DNA of 64,000 bases from Octopus bimaculoides (lineage: Eukaryota), in NCBI RefSeq assembly GCF_001194135.2, contig NC_068983.1:73042811-73106810 (forward strand), written 5' to 3'. The notes beneath the pieces were generated by a model that made no database searches, was not told the origin of the DNA, and worked only from the letters and a program-made list of their open reading frames with translations. Shown in pieces: positions 51,001 to 64,000 of this stretch (the stretch's first letter is position 1; each line of letters opens with the position of its first letter). The position numbers were made by a program, and so were the translations under genes.

Positions 51001-52468
51001 ACATACACACACATACACAAATTCAATGAAGAATGAAAATTATGTTATAAATTCTTAAATTGTTTTTTTCATTGTAACAGTTTATTTTCAGTGATATTCT
51101 CAGAGATTAAAGACGTGTTAATCCAAATTAATCTTTGCACTGCAGTAATGTGTAGTAGTAATGACTAGAATTTTCATACTTTCAAGGTTACCACTCAAAG
51201 TGTTAGAGTTTACATATCTACATGCTACAAAAGTCAGTGAGGATTCAATCAAAATTTCAACACCATGAGAAAAGCTTCTAAAAAGTTAGTTACCATGTAT
51301 AGAACTTGTTTATTTTAAATAATTCATTAAAGGAGCAGATTCTAATATCATTTCAAACATGTCTAATCACTAAAATCTGATTTTTTTTTTTTCATCTTTT
51401 CATGATAAAAATAAATATTGAAAAGAAAAGTAATACAGAGATATAATATCAGCAAGAATCTTGTTTTATAAAAACTAAAGCATATGTCCAATTGCTAATA
51501 CTCCACATAGAGTAGGTAGCAGATACCATCCAGTGTAGTAGAGATAATATTTAGAGAAAAGCTAGCAGCAATTTCTAATTATTAATCCCAAACACCCAAC
51601 AAAGTACCTTTAATAGGTTTAAATTTAAGATCTATGGGCAAGTAAGTCAAAGTGTTAATCACTCCATTGTTGAGCCTTCACAAAATAAGTTCCTGTTTTA
51701 GGCACAAGACTAACAATTTTGAAAGGACTTGACTGGTACTTTATTTTATCAACCTCTGAAAGAATAAAAAGCAAAGTTGACCTTGGTGGGATTTGAACTC
51801 AGACTGTCAAGAGCTGGAAGAAATATTGAAAAGCATTTCCCCAACACTCTAACAATTCTGCCAATCATTAGCATATTGGACAAAATACTTAGGCACATTT
51901 CTTCTGGCTCTCTACTTGCTGATCTCAAATCCTGCTGAGGTCAACTTTGACCCCTCTCCTAAAATTTTTAGCCTTCAGCCAAAATTTAAAACCAGTTTTA
52001 TTGTCAATGTTATTATTACTATTATAGTAATAATAAACTTTCTGTATTTAAAGCCTTTACAAGTAACAAGAATTTGTTTACATTCAAAATCAATTATAAC
52101 AGAAATTAATAATACAAATTAACAGTTAAATTAAAATCTTAGTGGTCAATTCAACACTAAGTATATTAATATTTCACTCTGGTACCATATACTAAAATTC
52201 TCTGTAATATACTTATCACAGCATAATCTAAATTTGTGAGGTGAGTTATTTGTTCAAGTTATTTTAAATTACCATACTATTCACTTTATCAGTATTGCAT
52301 TTGTTCTAAACTATAGTTTTATGGAGGCCTGGTTTCTAAACTTCTGAGATGTTGCTCTCACATGAACTTACATCAGTCATTTTCAAGAAGAAACATAGCC
52401 TAAGTCAACATCACCAAAGTAAATGACATCTGCCATGGACTACTAGATGGATGGTCATTGATTTACCA

Positions 52469-52797
52469 TCTAAAGGAGCACTCCATCGGTTACGACAATG
52501 AGGGTCCCAGCTGATACAATCAACGGAACAGCTTGCGTGAAATTAATGTGCAAGTGACTGAGCAATCCACAGACACGTGTACCCCTAATGTAGTTCTCAG
52601 GGAGATTCAGCGTGACACAGAGCGTGACAAGGCCAGCCCTTAGAAATACAGGTACTACTCATTTTTGCTAGCTGAGTGGACAGGAGCAACGTGAAATAAA
52701 GTGTCTTGCTCAAGGACACAACGCGTCGCCAGGAATTGAACTCACGACTTTACAATCGTGAACCGAATGCCCTAACCACTAAGCCACGTGCCTTCAC
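52469..52797 (-). mobile_element. tRNA-derived CORE-type SINE (family B; resembles octopus OR2 class)
   Basis: Reverse complement: GGCACGTGGCTTAGTGGTTAGG (A box) ... GAGTTCAATTCC (B box), then gtgtccttgagcaagacac...cactcagctagcaaaaatgagta, a CORE-like domain. Confidence 0.75.
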
Positions 52798-53209
52798 TAA
52801 CTTACCATACAACATCTAAAAATTAGACTCAAAGGTAAGCCAAGAAGATATTAAGAACAACAAACCATTGCAGAAAAGCTGAAATGTTTAACAACTGAAG
52901 AACCCTACAATTTGTTTAAAATTTCAACATGCAGTGGAGAAACAGAACACCAATACTTCAAACTTATACAATTTAGAGTCTTAATGGAGTGACTTAAGAG
53001 CTGCTCTGTTTCTGCAGCTGGATCTGCAACAGAATCCTTATGCCACACACATCAAGACTGGTGCAACAAGAGCAATACAAAAATCTGCAAGCTCATCTTG
53101 GTCAAAAACTCCACAAAACTTTAGAAAACAATCCATAATCCAAAGCCAATAAGGACAGTTACCAAAATCAAGATTAATATCCAATCAGGAAATCATACAT
53201 ATATGTATT

Positions 53210-53525
53210 TGCAAGTTACTTGGTGACCCTGCTAGTATCAGTGCCAAGTAAAAAGCATCCAGTCCACACTGTAAAATAGTTGGTGTTTGGAAGGGCATCC
53301 AACTGTAAAAAATAAACCCATGCCAAAACTGACCTCACCTATGCTGGTGCCACATAAAAAGCACTCAGTCTACTCTGCAGAGCGGTTGATGTTAGGAAGG
53401 GCATCCGGCCATAAAAATCACACCAAAACAGACAGTGAAGCAAGGTGTAGTCTTCTGCCTTGCCAGCTCCTGCCAAACCATCCAACCCATGCCAGCATGG
53501 AAAGTGGATGTTAAATGATGATGAT
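53210..53525 (+). mobile_element. RTE-type 3' UTR/tail with a duplicated V-like core
   Basis: Two ggaagggcatcc blocks (about 53289 and 53395); ends ccatgccagcatggaaagtggatgttaaatgatgatgat. Confidence 0.8.
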
Positions 53526-54420
53526 ACACACACACATTATATACAAGCATAACTGTTGTTAAGAAGTTTATTTCTCAACCACATGGTTTCAGGTTTGACC
53601 CCACTGAATAGCAACTTGGGGAAGTGTATTTCATTCAGGCTAACCAAAGCTTGAGTAGATTTGGTTAACAGAAAGAAGCCCGTTGTGTGTACCTCCTCAT
53701 TTTGACATTGTGTGATTGTTGTAAACGAGTCTAACCATCATACAAATGGTGTTATACATTTCCAATCATGCTTGGAAACAAGTGAGGCTGACAGCAGGAA
53801 AGGCATCTGGTTCTAGAAAACCTGCCTCAAAAAATTCTGTTTGAACCAAGACAGCATGGAAAAGTGGATGATGATGACATACAGATGTGTGCATGTGTGT
53901 GTGTGATGGACTATCTTATTCAATGCATGAGGGCACAAGAATTTTACTTTTTTCCTCCTCTCTCTCTCTCTCTCTCTCTCTTCCCTTTTTTCATTGCTTC
54001 TTTTCATTTTCCTTCCTCTCTTCTTTTCCCTCCTTTTTTCTTTCTCTTCCACACACACACACACAAAAGGAGTACTTTGCAGGATGATCTTGATAAAAAG
54101 AATAAGCCCACACAGTGGTAATGGATTGAGTGGGACTGTTCAGATTTTTGGTATTACTGATAGTAACAGTTGGTGCAAGTAAGCCACAAGACTAATGAAC
54201 AGTAGACCTCAATTGGATGGTTGTTGATTCTCCTGAGTTCCTCCAGCCTCTGGTGGGTCCTGCTTTTTTTTTTTTATCCTGCAAGGTGTCCAAAAATCAC
54301 TCTCCTCACCAAGCAAGCTTGATGGAGTTGACAGCTTAGTCACAAACAGCCCAACCATGTGACAAGTTGTATTAGATTATGTAATACCAGTAGCACTTGA
54401 GAGCAACCTGACATAAGTAT

Positions 54421-54458
<38 letters not shown>

Positions 54459-54739
54459 GCATACATACATTTATACATATATATATACACACACACACAC
54501 ACATTTTTTTCCCCATCTTCTCATTAAACATGCATAAGTCATCTTCAAAGGAATAGTCCGTCATATATGCACACTCACATACACACTTATGCATGCGCGT
54601 AAATATATATATATATCAGATGGTATGATATTCCTAGTGTACTACTACTAGCAGCACTTTTGCTTACAGCACACCAGTTCATGTCATAAAGTAGGAGGCC
54701 TAATGTTTAAGTTCACCAACACATAATCTCACCCTCATC

Positions 54740-55060
54740 AAGTATACTGTCAAACCTCTCCAAAGCTACACAGGCAAACTCAGCACTTTGTAACACTATG
54801 CAAAACTGGAACAGCATCTTAGTGCACCAGTAAATCCCAGGGAGACACAAGTGCAGGTTAACACTCAGGGATAAACAACCCTGATACTTATTAATCACAA
54901 GCAGGAAGTGAAAGTCTAGGAGGAGACTATATCCTGAGGGACATACAAGCTCAGGAAAACAGCTTTACTGCACTTTCCAATATCCTTCAGATAGGAAAAA
55001 GTAAAAATGTCTTGGACCTCACTTGTCATTATATGTGTCTCCTTCACTGCAAACATAGTA
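54740..55060 (-). mobile_element. Possible LINE apurinic endonuclease remnant
   Basis: AVKETHI (QETH-like) and, about 290 bp downstream, gga-gag-(g)-ttt-gac-agt-ata-ctt-gat (GDFN-like). The spacing fits an APE domain, but the sequence is degraded. Confidence 0.28.
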
Positions 55061-55784
55061 ATACTAGGAAATGTTTACTCCCAATGCCTTTTGAAAGCTT
55101 CATTGCAGTTATAATCTCTTACAATGCACCATGAACAGCAGAGGATAGATCTTTGACTTTCAGGTGCGTGTGGGTCATTGAATTAGAATGCAAGGGGTTT
55201 CACTATTCTAAAGAAGCCTATTCCTTTCATGTAGCTCTCTCAAGACAGCCAGTGTGGATTTTTAAAATTTTAGTTAGAAACCATCTGATAGGCATCTATA
55301 CAGTTTCTGACTACAAAACTCATTTGCAAGCTTAGGTAGATCTGAAGATATAATAAAAGCAATGCTACAAGATGCTTCACAGTGGAATCAAACCCAAGAC
55401 CACATGGATGTGGCACAGGCTTCTTTACCACCCAACCATGTCTGCTTTCCTTCAAATATATAAACAAATACACACACACATCAGATAAAACACTTCAGCT
55501 CTCCTCACACTTGCCTTTTTCCTTCGTCTGCTTCTTTCCTGCTTTTTAGTACTCTTTTCTTGTCCCTCTCTCAGCTAGTTTTTTTTCTCCCAGTGCTGTT
55601 TGCATGTAAAACTTATGCCCTCTTGTGGTCGTCATTAGTTGCAGCCATTTTCTCAAACACAGAGGGCGTAAAACGTGGCTGCCTTATTTCTCTATCATCT
55701 TTACACTAAAAAGGGTTCTGTCCAAAACACTATATACTCCACTGTCCACAGTAATTTCACTGTACATTCTGTATGAATAAGAAG

Positions 55785-56095
55785 CTCCTTTTGCAACCAT
55801 ATGGTTTTGGGTTCAGCACCACTGTTAGGCACCTTGGGTGTCTTCTACTATAGCCCCCAAGCCCACCACTGTATGGAAGCCTGTCAAGCCTACATAGATA
55901 TGTAAGTAAATATGTATGCGTCTGTCTGTCTGTCTGTCTGTCAACCCCATTGTGTGACAACTGGTGTTGGGTTGTTCACTTTACAAAAATTTAGTGGTTC
56001 AGCAAAAGAACGAGAATGAAAAAAAAAGAATCTGACTAAACCTTTCAAGGTGGTGCCCCAGCATTAGCACAGTCCAATGACTGACACAAGATGAA
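55785..56095 (+). mobile_element. SINE family A, degenerate
   Basis: caaccatatggttttgggttcagcaccactg...gtcttctactatagcc...ccagcattagcacagtccaatgactga. Confidence 0.7.
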
Positions 56096-56824
56096 AGATA
56101 CATATATATGTATATAACATTCTGTACAGTATATCTGCGTTAAGTAAGATATACAGAATGCTATTTTGACATGCCTCTGCCTCTCCCAACAAATATATAT
56201 ATACATATATTCTTTTTTATGCTTCAGCCCTAAGGTTGTAGCCACGCTGTAGAGTATCTGCATGTTATTTTGACATAATACTACTTCCATCACTAATAAT
56301 AATGATAATAGACACACACACACAGATAAAAGTTGCACAAGCAGCCTTGAATAAAATATGTTCATGTAAAGTCATGTTTAACATACTTGAGAGCACTCAG
56401 ACATAGGAAGACCTTCCACTGCAGAAATAGCATCAGGAGAAAATTCTCCTACACATTTTAAAATGTATGCATCCTATGATCCAAAGATGTTAACACTATG
56501 CCCAATATATTTTCAGGTGTACATATGTGCGTGTGTGCATATATATGTATGTGTGTGTGTGTGTATATATAGGGAGAGAGAGAGACAGACAGACGTGTAT
56601 ATTTATATACATGCATGTGTGTATACATATTATATATTAGGTATGCATACATACACATATGCACACATATATGCATTAATATATTAATTAAAGGTATATG
56701 AAGCAGTGATGATTGAAATAAAACTATGTACATTTGTATTTAACACATTTGGGTACACTCAAATATACACTGCTTAATCAATCAATTCTAGCTTAAAAAA
56801 GCTTTGTACATGCCAACAATTATT

Positions 56825-57595
56825 CTGTTTATATACCTCCTCACTACCTTTGTATTCCCCTTGCTATAGCCATCTCTACATACCTCCGACATCCATCTCT
56901 GTCACTGTATAGCTCTCTTTCTTGTTGCCCACTCTCCCTCCTTACATGTCATCTCCATATTTTCTGACCTGCCTACACATTATACTCCTGCTTATCTCCC
57001 TTTCTATGCTGCACTTATCGCCTCCTCCTTTCTGAGCTACTCCTAGTTCTTTCACTCTGCTCTACTGATATTTATTCATTGTCCACACCTTGTTCCACTC
57101 ACTACATTCATCTCTAACCGCCCCTCACTCTCCTCTCACACACTGATGAATTTATCCACCCACCGACCCCTCTTGATTCTATGTATTCTCTCTTATACTC
57201 ACATTCTTGCATCTTGAGAGTTACACTCTGACACATTGTCACTACCATCAAAGCCTTTTTTCAAGTTACTCCCATTCATCCTTATAAAATGTGGAGTACC
57301 CATGTATCTCTTCTATACCTGTCCCTCTATCATACTTTAGTCTCTCAATACTTGGTATAAAGCCACCTCCCTCTCTAACACAACCCCACTCAAGAGTTTT
57401 TTGGTGACCTCACTAGTGCCAATCTCACAATAAAAAAATCCAGTACACTGTAATGGGGTTGATATTAAGAAGGGCATCCAGTCATAGAAACCATGCCAAA
57501 ACAGACATTAGAACTTAATGCAATCCTCCAGCTCATTGACTCCTGCCAACCAATTCAGCCCATGCTAACGTAGAAAATGGACATCATAAGATGAC
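56825..57595 (+). mobile_element. CT-rich non-autonomous element with a V-like core and RTE-type tail
   Basis: Pyrimidine-rich body homologous to the reverse complement of 14700-15100, then aagaagggcatccagtcatagaaacc and cccatgctaacgtagaaaatggacatc. Confidence 0.7.
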
Positions 57596-59064
57596 ATATA
57601 CACACACACATTCTTATATAATTCAGTACTTATTTTATTCATCTCTAACAAATCCAGCTTGGTTGTAAAGGAACATGACATAATCTCTAAATGCCACAAG
57701 ATTTATATGCATGCGTATAAATAGTCGCCTGCTTACTTTCTAGCTTGCAAACTTCACTCACAACATATCGATCAACCTAAGCCTTTGGTAGAAGATAGTG
57801 TGTCAACTTCTTAACCACATCTTTCAATTAGAAGCTCATTTTCATACATAGTTCTATTAACATTCTTCATCATGACAAATGCAGCAAAAAAAGAAGAAAA
57901 AAGATGTTTTAACTTTGTTGAACCCTAACACCTGTACATGCTCCTCTATCCTTACCATTTTTCATTCTTATAACTATTTCAAGGTGGACACACAGTCACT
58001 ACTAATAAACACAATTTCTGAAAATTTGCTAGTATTTCAATATTTCTCTAATGTTTATCATGTATATTTATTTTTTGTTATATTAGCAGAATATTCCATT
58101 TAGATTTTGCAGAAAGTATGTCGCTGTTGTGTTTTTGCCTTTATTTTAGAGCCAACATACAAAAATATTTCAAAAGCAAATGAACTTTAAATTTATTGAA
58201 ATCTCATATCATAATTCTAAATCATATTAACACCACCTCATTTCAGAATAAATATCAGCCTACAATTTTTGCCTGCCCTCTCTTTCTGCTTGTATAACTC
58301 CATTCAACGTTATTAATGAAATATTAGCTGATTCAATAAGCTTCTATGTGATTGTTTAACCTGCCTGGAATAGCAGCCCAATCTCTCAAAGAACACCAGA
58401 CCTTTAAAAGAACTCATTAGACAACAGAAACTAAAATAAACTTCCTGGAAAAAAAAAAATCTGAAGAGTCAAGGACTGAAAGTTTTTTTATCACAGCTCT
58501 GCTCAATCAGGGCTAATTTATGGATAAAGAACAATTGATTTTTTTTAAAAACTACATCCAAAAAAAAATTTTCAAATTTAACATGAACAAAGTATTATTA
58601 TAACTATTAAGGCAGTGAGCTGGCAGAATCGTTACATTGAGTCTAAACTCTACCAAGGTCAAATTTGCTTTTCATCCTTTCAAGGGTCAATAAAATAAGT
58701 ACCATTTGAGCACTGGGGTCAATGGAATTTATTATCTCTCCCATTAAAATTGTTGGCCCTGTGCCAAAATTTAAAACCATTAATAATAATTTACTTCAAT
58801 GTCCACTTTGTCATGCTAACATGGATCAGACAAGATTTCATTAAGGCAGACTTTAAACACAACCAGATGCTCTTCCTGTCCCAATCCTTATTGGTTTTCA
58901 AGCAAGATAATATTTCCCCTAATCTACCAAATGAGGAATAGCTTGGAAATGCTCTTGCAGAAGTTTGTAAACCAATGACACTGCACATTTCAAGACAAGG
59001 GGAACATACATTAACACATACATGTGAAAGTGTGTGAGAATGTGTTTGTGTGTGTGTATGACAA

Positions 59065-59525
59065 CTTCTTCCAGTTTCTCTCTCTACCAAATTTCATTCA
59101 CAAAGTACTGATCGACCCATGGACACAGTAGAGCATAGGTTCTCAAAGTGGCTGCTACCCCCACCCCCACCGGTGAGCGCTGNNNNNNNNNNGCCTGGGG
59201 GGGGGGGGGTTAGAGAAAAAGGAGGCATTGAAATGCAGTGGATTGGGGGATGTTATGAATTTATTATAGTATTGTATACAAAATATATTGAATATCAAAT
59301 GATTCATAGTATATATGAATTAGTAAAATATAAAATATTTATTTATACATAAAAAGAGGGGGGCGCTGGGGGTGTTATGTGGCCATGAGGAGGGGAGGGT
59401 AGTGGCCTAAAAAGTTTGAGACCTCTGCAGTAGATGATGCCAACTGACAGAGTCTACAAAATGGGAGTGAACCCTGGCACATGTGGTTCCAAAGCAAACT
59501 TCTTAAACCACACAGCCACAGCTGT
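59065..59525 (-). mobile_element. SINE family A split by a hAT MITE
   Basis: ccagtttctctctctaccaaatttcattcacaaag on the left and accacacagccacagctgtgcc on the right of the MITE. Confidence 0.7.
59134..59427. mobile_element. hAT MITE with G/C-rich subterminal runs (contains a 10-N gap)
   Basis: TIRs cataggttctcaaa / tttgagacctctg; 8-bp TSD cagtagag (59126-59133) / cagtagat (59428-59435). Confidence 0.8.
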
Positions 59526-59559
59526 GCCTACATTATACTTATTACAATGAGCATTATTA

Positions 59560-59772
59560 GGGTGGTCAGCTGGCAGAATTGCTAGCATACCAAACAATGC
59601 TTAACAGCATTTCATCACTTTTATATTACAAGTTCAAATTTGCTGAGGTCAACTTTGCCTTTCATCCTTTCAGGGTCCACGAAATAAGTACCAGTTGAGT
59701 ACTGGAATCAAAATAATAAACTAACCCCATTCCCCAAAATTTCAGGCCTTGTACTTATAGTAGAAACGATTG
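59560..59772 (+). mobile_element. SINE family E, near full length
   Basis: ggtcagctggcagaattgctagc...agttcaaatttgctgaggtcaactttgcctttcatcctttcaggg...aataagtaccag...ccccaaaatttcaggccttg. Confidence 0.78.
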
Positions 59773-62700
59773 TTTATGTTCATTATTATTATAAATGCAG
59801 AGGAATACTACATTCTTTTGTGTTTCCAGCTCAGATTCAGTCACAGCCAACTTTTACTTTTTGTTCTTTCAGCACAAATAAAATAATTACAATGAAATAC
59901 ATAGGATCAAATTTAATAGACTATGCTCTCTCACAAAATATATGGCCTTTAGTATTCTTAGAAACCCTAGTTCTGTTATTATAAGTGGTGATGGCATTCA
60001 ATTGACTAAAATGGAGAAGCTGCCAGACAAAATGTTTTGTGATACTTAGCTACATCCCTTTATATTCTAACTTCATATATTGTGCTATGGTCAGCTTTAT
60101 CTTCCATATTTCTGGGATTGATAAGTACCAGTCAAGTGTTGAAGTTGATTTAACTGGACTGTATCTTCATCTGTCTATGGCCTTTTGATACCAACCCACA
60201 AGGCTGCCTCTGATGCTTTTCATACAAAGCTTCCTATTTAAAGTGTTCGTACTTAAATTTAATCCTTATATATAGACCCATAACTGAAAACCTTCTATGA
60301 AGTTATGTTCCAAGCACCAGCTTAATACACCAATTCATAAAAAAGTGAGGTATTTTACTAAATTCCCACCACCCACATAAAAATTTAAAAAAATTTTTTT
60401 AATTAAAACTCGTATTTAAATATGATGGAGAAAGAGTTAATTTACTGTTCCTTCCCTAGAATGTATGGCATGTACCGATTTTAGAAATCATTATTATTCA
60501 ATATACTAGTTCCTCTTTAAAACTTAAAATATTTTTAGTTAATGAGGCAGGAGTGGTTCCAGTAAACTGATGACCTGACCTAAATAGGAATATAGGATCT
60601 AGAATAGCGCCATTTAGATTTAAACAACTCTCTATCACCAGTCAACAACAAGCAAGCCTTTACATGGTCATTCAATCTACTAGAAATAGCAGCCAAATTT
60701 CCCTCAAATCACATTGTACCACTTTGAATAACAAAAAGAAGACATTAGTTAATGCAGTCTTAGATACACCTACAAGGCAGGATTGCCACAACTGAAATGC
60801 CTTTAAAATCATGCCTGATCAATTAGGGTTGAACAGAGGCACCACTATTTAGATTTGAATAAGGTTAAAAGGAAACTGACAGGAGCTACAGACATTCAGC
60901 TTGGTACTTATAAATTCTATTAATTTAACATATTCATTTACCAAGTTTAATAACTTTTATTAATAAACTTGTTCAGTTCAAACAAGCTTGTTAATCAAAT
61001 ACCAAACTGCTATCAACTATTAAAACAGATTCTGTGAAAAAATATTTCCGGACAACCTGTTTTAATACAAGATTTGGAGGTTTTGTGTAGAAACTATTCT
61101 ACAGGCATGCAAAATTAAAATTTTTATTTTTTTAAATGTTTAAACAATATGGAATGACATTCAGCCACAATGCTTTTCATTGCTTCTAAACAGTTTTACA
61201 CCCACTTTCTTCAAGCTTGTAATAAGCTGGTTGATTCTACAATGTTCTGTTTTGTTTTTAATGCTATTTACATCTATTTTTTCATGCTTGCATGGTAAGG
61301 AATGCTCTGTTAGTTGTTCATACTGATGGAATGCCCTTCCTACTGTCAACCACTGAACTATGTGAAAAGTGATAATTGTTTTTGTCAAGTAAACAAATTC
61401 GTGTATGTAAAATTACCTGCTTTGTTTACTAAGGGACACAATACAATGGCTGTAGTAATAAGGCTTGGAGTTTTAACTTGGTATGTGGTTAATAGTTCAA
61501 TATTTTAACCTTACATCCATTATACCTTATACTGGATTTTATTTATATGAATTGTCTGGAGCCAATTTTTGGTTGCAGAATACTCTTCCTAACATTAACC
61601 ATTCAACTACAGACATCAGAATGGTACTGATTTCTGAGTCAGATAATTGAGGAAAATTATATATGCATAGCAAGGCTGATGGATGAGATCAATCAAGTCA
61701 GGTTAAAGGGAATCATAGTTATTAAATATATAAAACAAAATGATTTTTAAAAAGCATTTTTTTTAATCATAAAAAGAAGCACACCCAATCAAATTTTGGC
61801 ACTGTGGAAATGATTTTATTTTCTTTTGCTATTAACACAAAAGAAAAAGAAAGCAAGAAAGAATTATTTAATAAGTCATGACTAGTATATATGCTGTACT
61901 ATGCATTCTAAGTGACAGGTTAAACAATTCTTTCTCTGTATGTATGAATGTATAACAAAAAGGAAGCCTCTACAAGTAACTCAACCTGTTAAAAAGAACA
62001 GTCAAATATTTGCTCAAATCACATACTATTGAAGAACTCAATCATTGAATAACAATCTGAATTTTTAAAAAAAGCGAGGTGGTCTGGACTAGATTATATT
62101 TGCCCAATCAGACTGACTTGAAGCTAAACAACACCATATGAACTATTTATGTTCTAAGTAGAGATGGTACTAGGATCCTGGTTAGGAATCATTCAGCTCC
62201 AAATTAAATTAACTTCTAATTCAAGAAAGCTAAAATGGCCAAATGAGAAAAGATTTTGAATGTTTTAAAGGCAGAACAGAAAGAAATATAAAGCGATTCA
62301 ATGTAGGTTACATTTAAGTACTCTTTAAAGGATTGCATTCTTGTGTAAACAACACATTGCATTGCATCATTCCAATTAGGAAATAAACAAAGTTCACATC
62401 ATTATAAAATGACAAAATTCTAATATTTCAGACAGAGTGCTTTAACAGATAAGAAAACTTTCCTTTTCAGCAAAAGCACTCTGCCACAAAATGTTAGAAT
62501 TCAGTTCTCACATGAGAAACTTATTCCATTTTGTGAACTTTAAGCTGATTTTTACAGACACAGATGACACCAGCTTACTCAGATTGAAGTGTTTTACATT
62601 CAATACAGAAAGAACTGAACCAGGAAGGTCATTATATATTAAATATCTAAATAATCTGCAAAGCTAACTAAGCCAAACCAGTATAGGAATATAGGTAAGA

Positions 62701-64000
62701 AACAAGATTATTAGACTTTCTTTGTGTATATTGTGACAGCTTGATACAAAACTAAATTTAATCCAATAAATTAAATTGATATTAGAGCATTGCTGAAACT
62801 TATTTTACTGACCCAAAGATGGAAAAATAAAGTCAGTCTTGGCAAGATTTAAAATCATTCAAATTACTATAAATTCTATTGTCTACTGCTTATAGAAATG
62901 GCCCTACCTTTTTGTTTTATTTTTATTAATCTCAAACTAAAAAAAAAAACCAAATCAACCAAAAACTAAATGAATAGCTTTCTACAAAAACATTATAAAC
63001 TAGGAAAAATTAATACCCCAACCTAAATAATATAATCAATAAATTTTTATAGTCTGAATTTTGTGAATTCATAATAGAAAAAGTTGTTTTTTTTTTCAAT
63101 TTTACCTAAAATTTTATTTACTTCTGATCACATTATTAAAATTACTATTATTAATTACAGAATTATGCATGAATTACTAAAAAGTTGTATTAGACATTTC
63201 AAACTTTCAAAGTATAAACTAGTTTACAACCAATTAACTTTTATTTTTCTAAAAAGGGGTGGGACTTACATTAAGCTTTTTCTAAAATTGTAAAATAAAA
63301 ATGACATCCAGAAGGAAATTATTAAAATTAAAATGAATAAAACCACTAATTCTAACAATTGCAATTTTTGGAAAAGAAATGTTATTTAGAGAGTAACAAA
63401 TTGATATGAAGCTACCCATCTGCTGGCATTGGCATTAACAAACGGGAATCATTACTTTGGTAACCCATAAAAAGATAGTGCCACCTATCCAGTTCTGCTT
63501 TGTTTATTTTTTCCCCTCTTTCTCCAGTTAAGTTGCTTGTGCTCTATATCCTAGCTAAGAAAGTCTCACATGTCACCAAGAGAAAACTTGATATGAGAAT
63601 TACTGTGCTCATTGCATTTTGTGGGAAAATTTCAGGACCAAACATAAATTGGTTGGCACATAAAAACAATGGAAATAATCCAAAGAAATAAAGAATTGCT
63701 ATTGTTAATCATTACCACATGTAGAAGGTGAATGGTGTCTTTGAACAAATAATTTCTAAATGTGTTATGAAAATTCTTTCTGTGAGTCATTCATTTAAAA
63801 AGACATTTTTTTTTCTCTCGAAAAGTAGGATTTAATTTAGAAGTTTAAATAGAAAGAAAATCTATTCATAAGGATTTTTTTTTTTTTTAAGTTGTTAGGA
63901 TTAGAAAAAAAAAACATTCTACTAAGAAATGTTTAGACATTATGCGGGTGGAAAAGAGTACAAAACTGATTTTGTGGACAAAAATAAGTTTACTTTGGTT

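Noticed and set aside
52720-52797. tRNA gene (also the heads of SINE families A and E)
   Set aside because: A and B boxes are present but there is no complete cloverleaf or acceptor stem, and each runs straight into a SINE body.

Overview
AT-rich, repeat-dense animal genomic DNA, most likely a coleoid cephalopod (Octopus); this is inferred from the tRNA-derived SINE families and RTE tails. The only host gene I can support is Arp3 (ACTR3, Arp2/3 complex) on the minus strand. Four internal coding exons are visible (15307-15127, 13460-13350, 12976-12881, 4790-4683; 496 nt, about c.45-c.540), all with GT-AG sites and consistent phases. The first coding exon and the exons after c.540 are not visible, so positions 15308-64000 appear to be one intron of at least 48.7 kb. 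The rest is a transposon landscape: several SINE families, 5'-truncated RTE LINEs, hAT and piggyBac MITEs, a split Helentron-type element, and decayed Gypsy integrase and Penelope RT fragments, plus microsatellites and five N gaps. I found no intact novel gene system. The best second-look signals are three. A 300-bp locally templated insertion splits an RTE copy at microhomologies. A 66-bp tandem repeat in an RTE 3' UTR keeps its hairpin stems, with one compensatory base-pair change. A V-SINE-like core is shared by several RTE-tailed families. All alignments and translations were done by eye.
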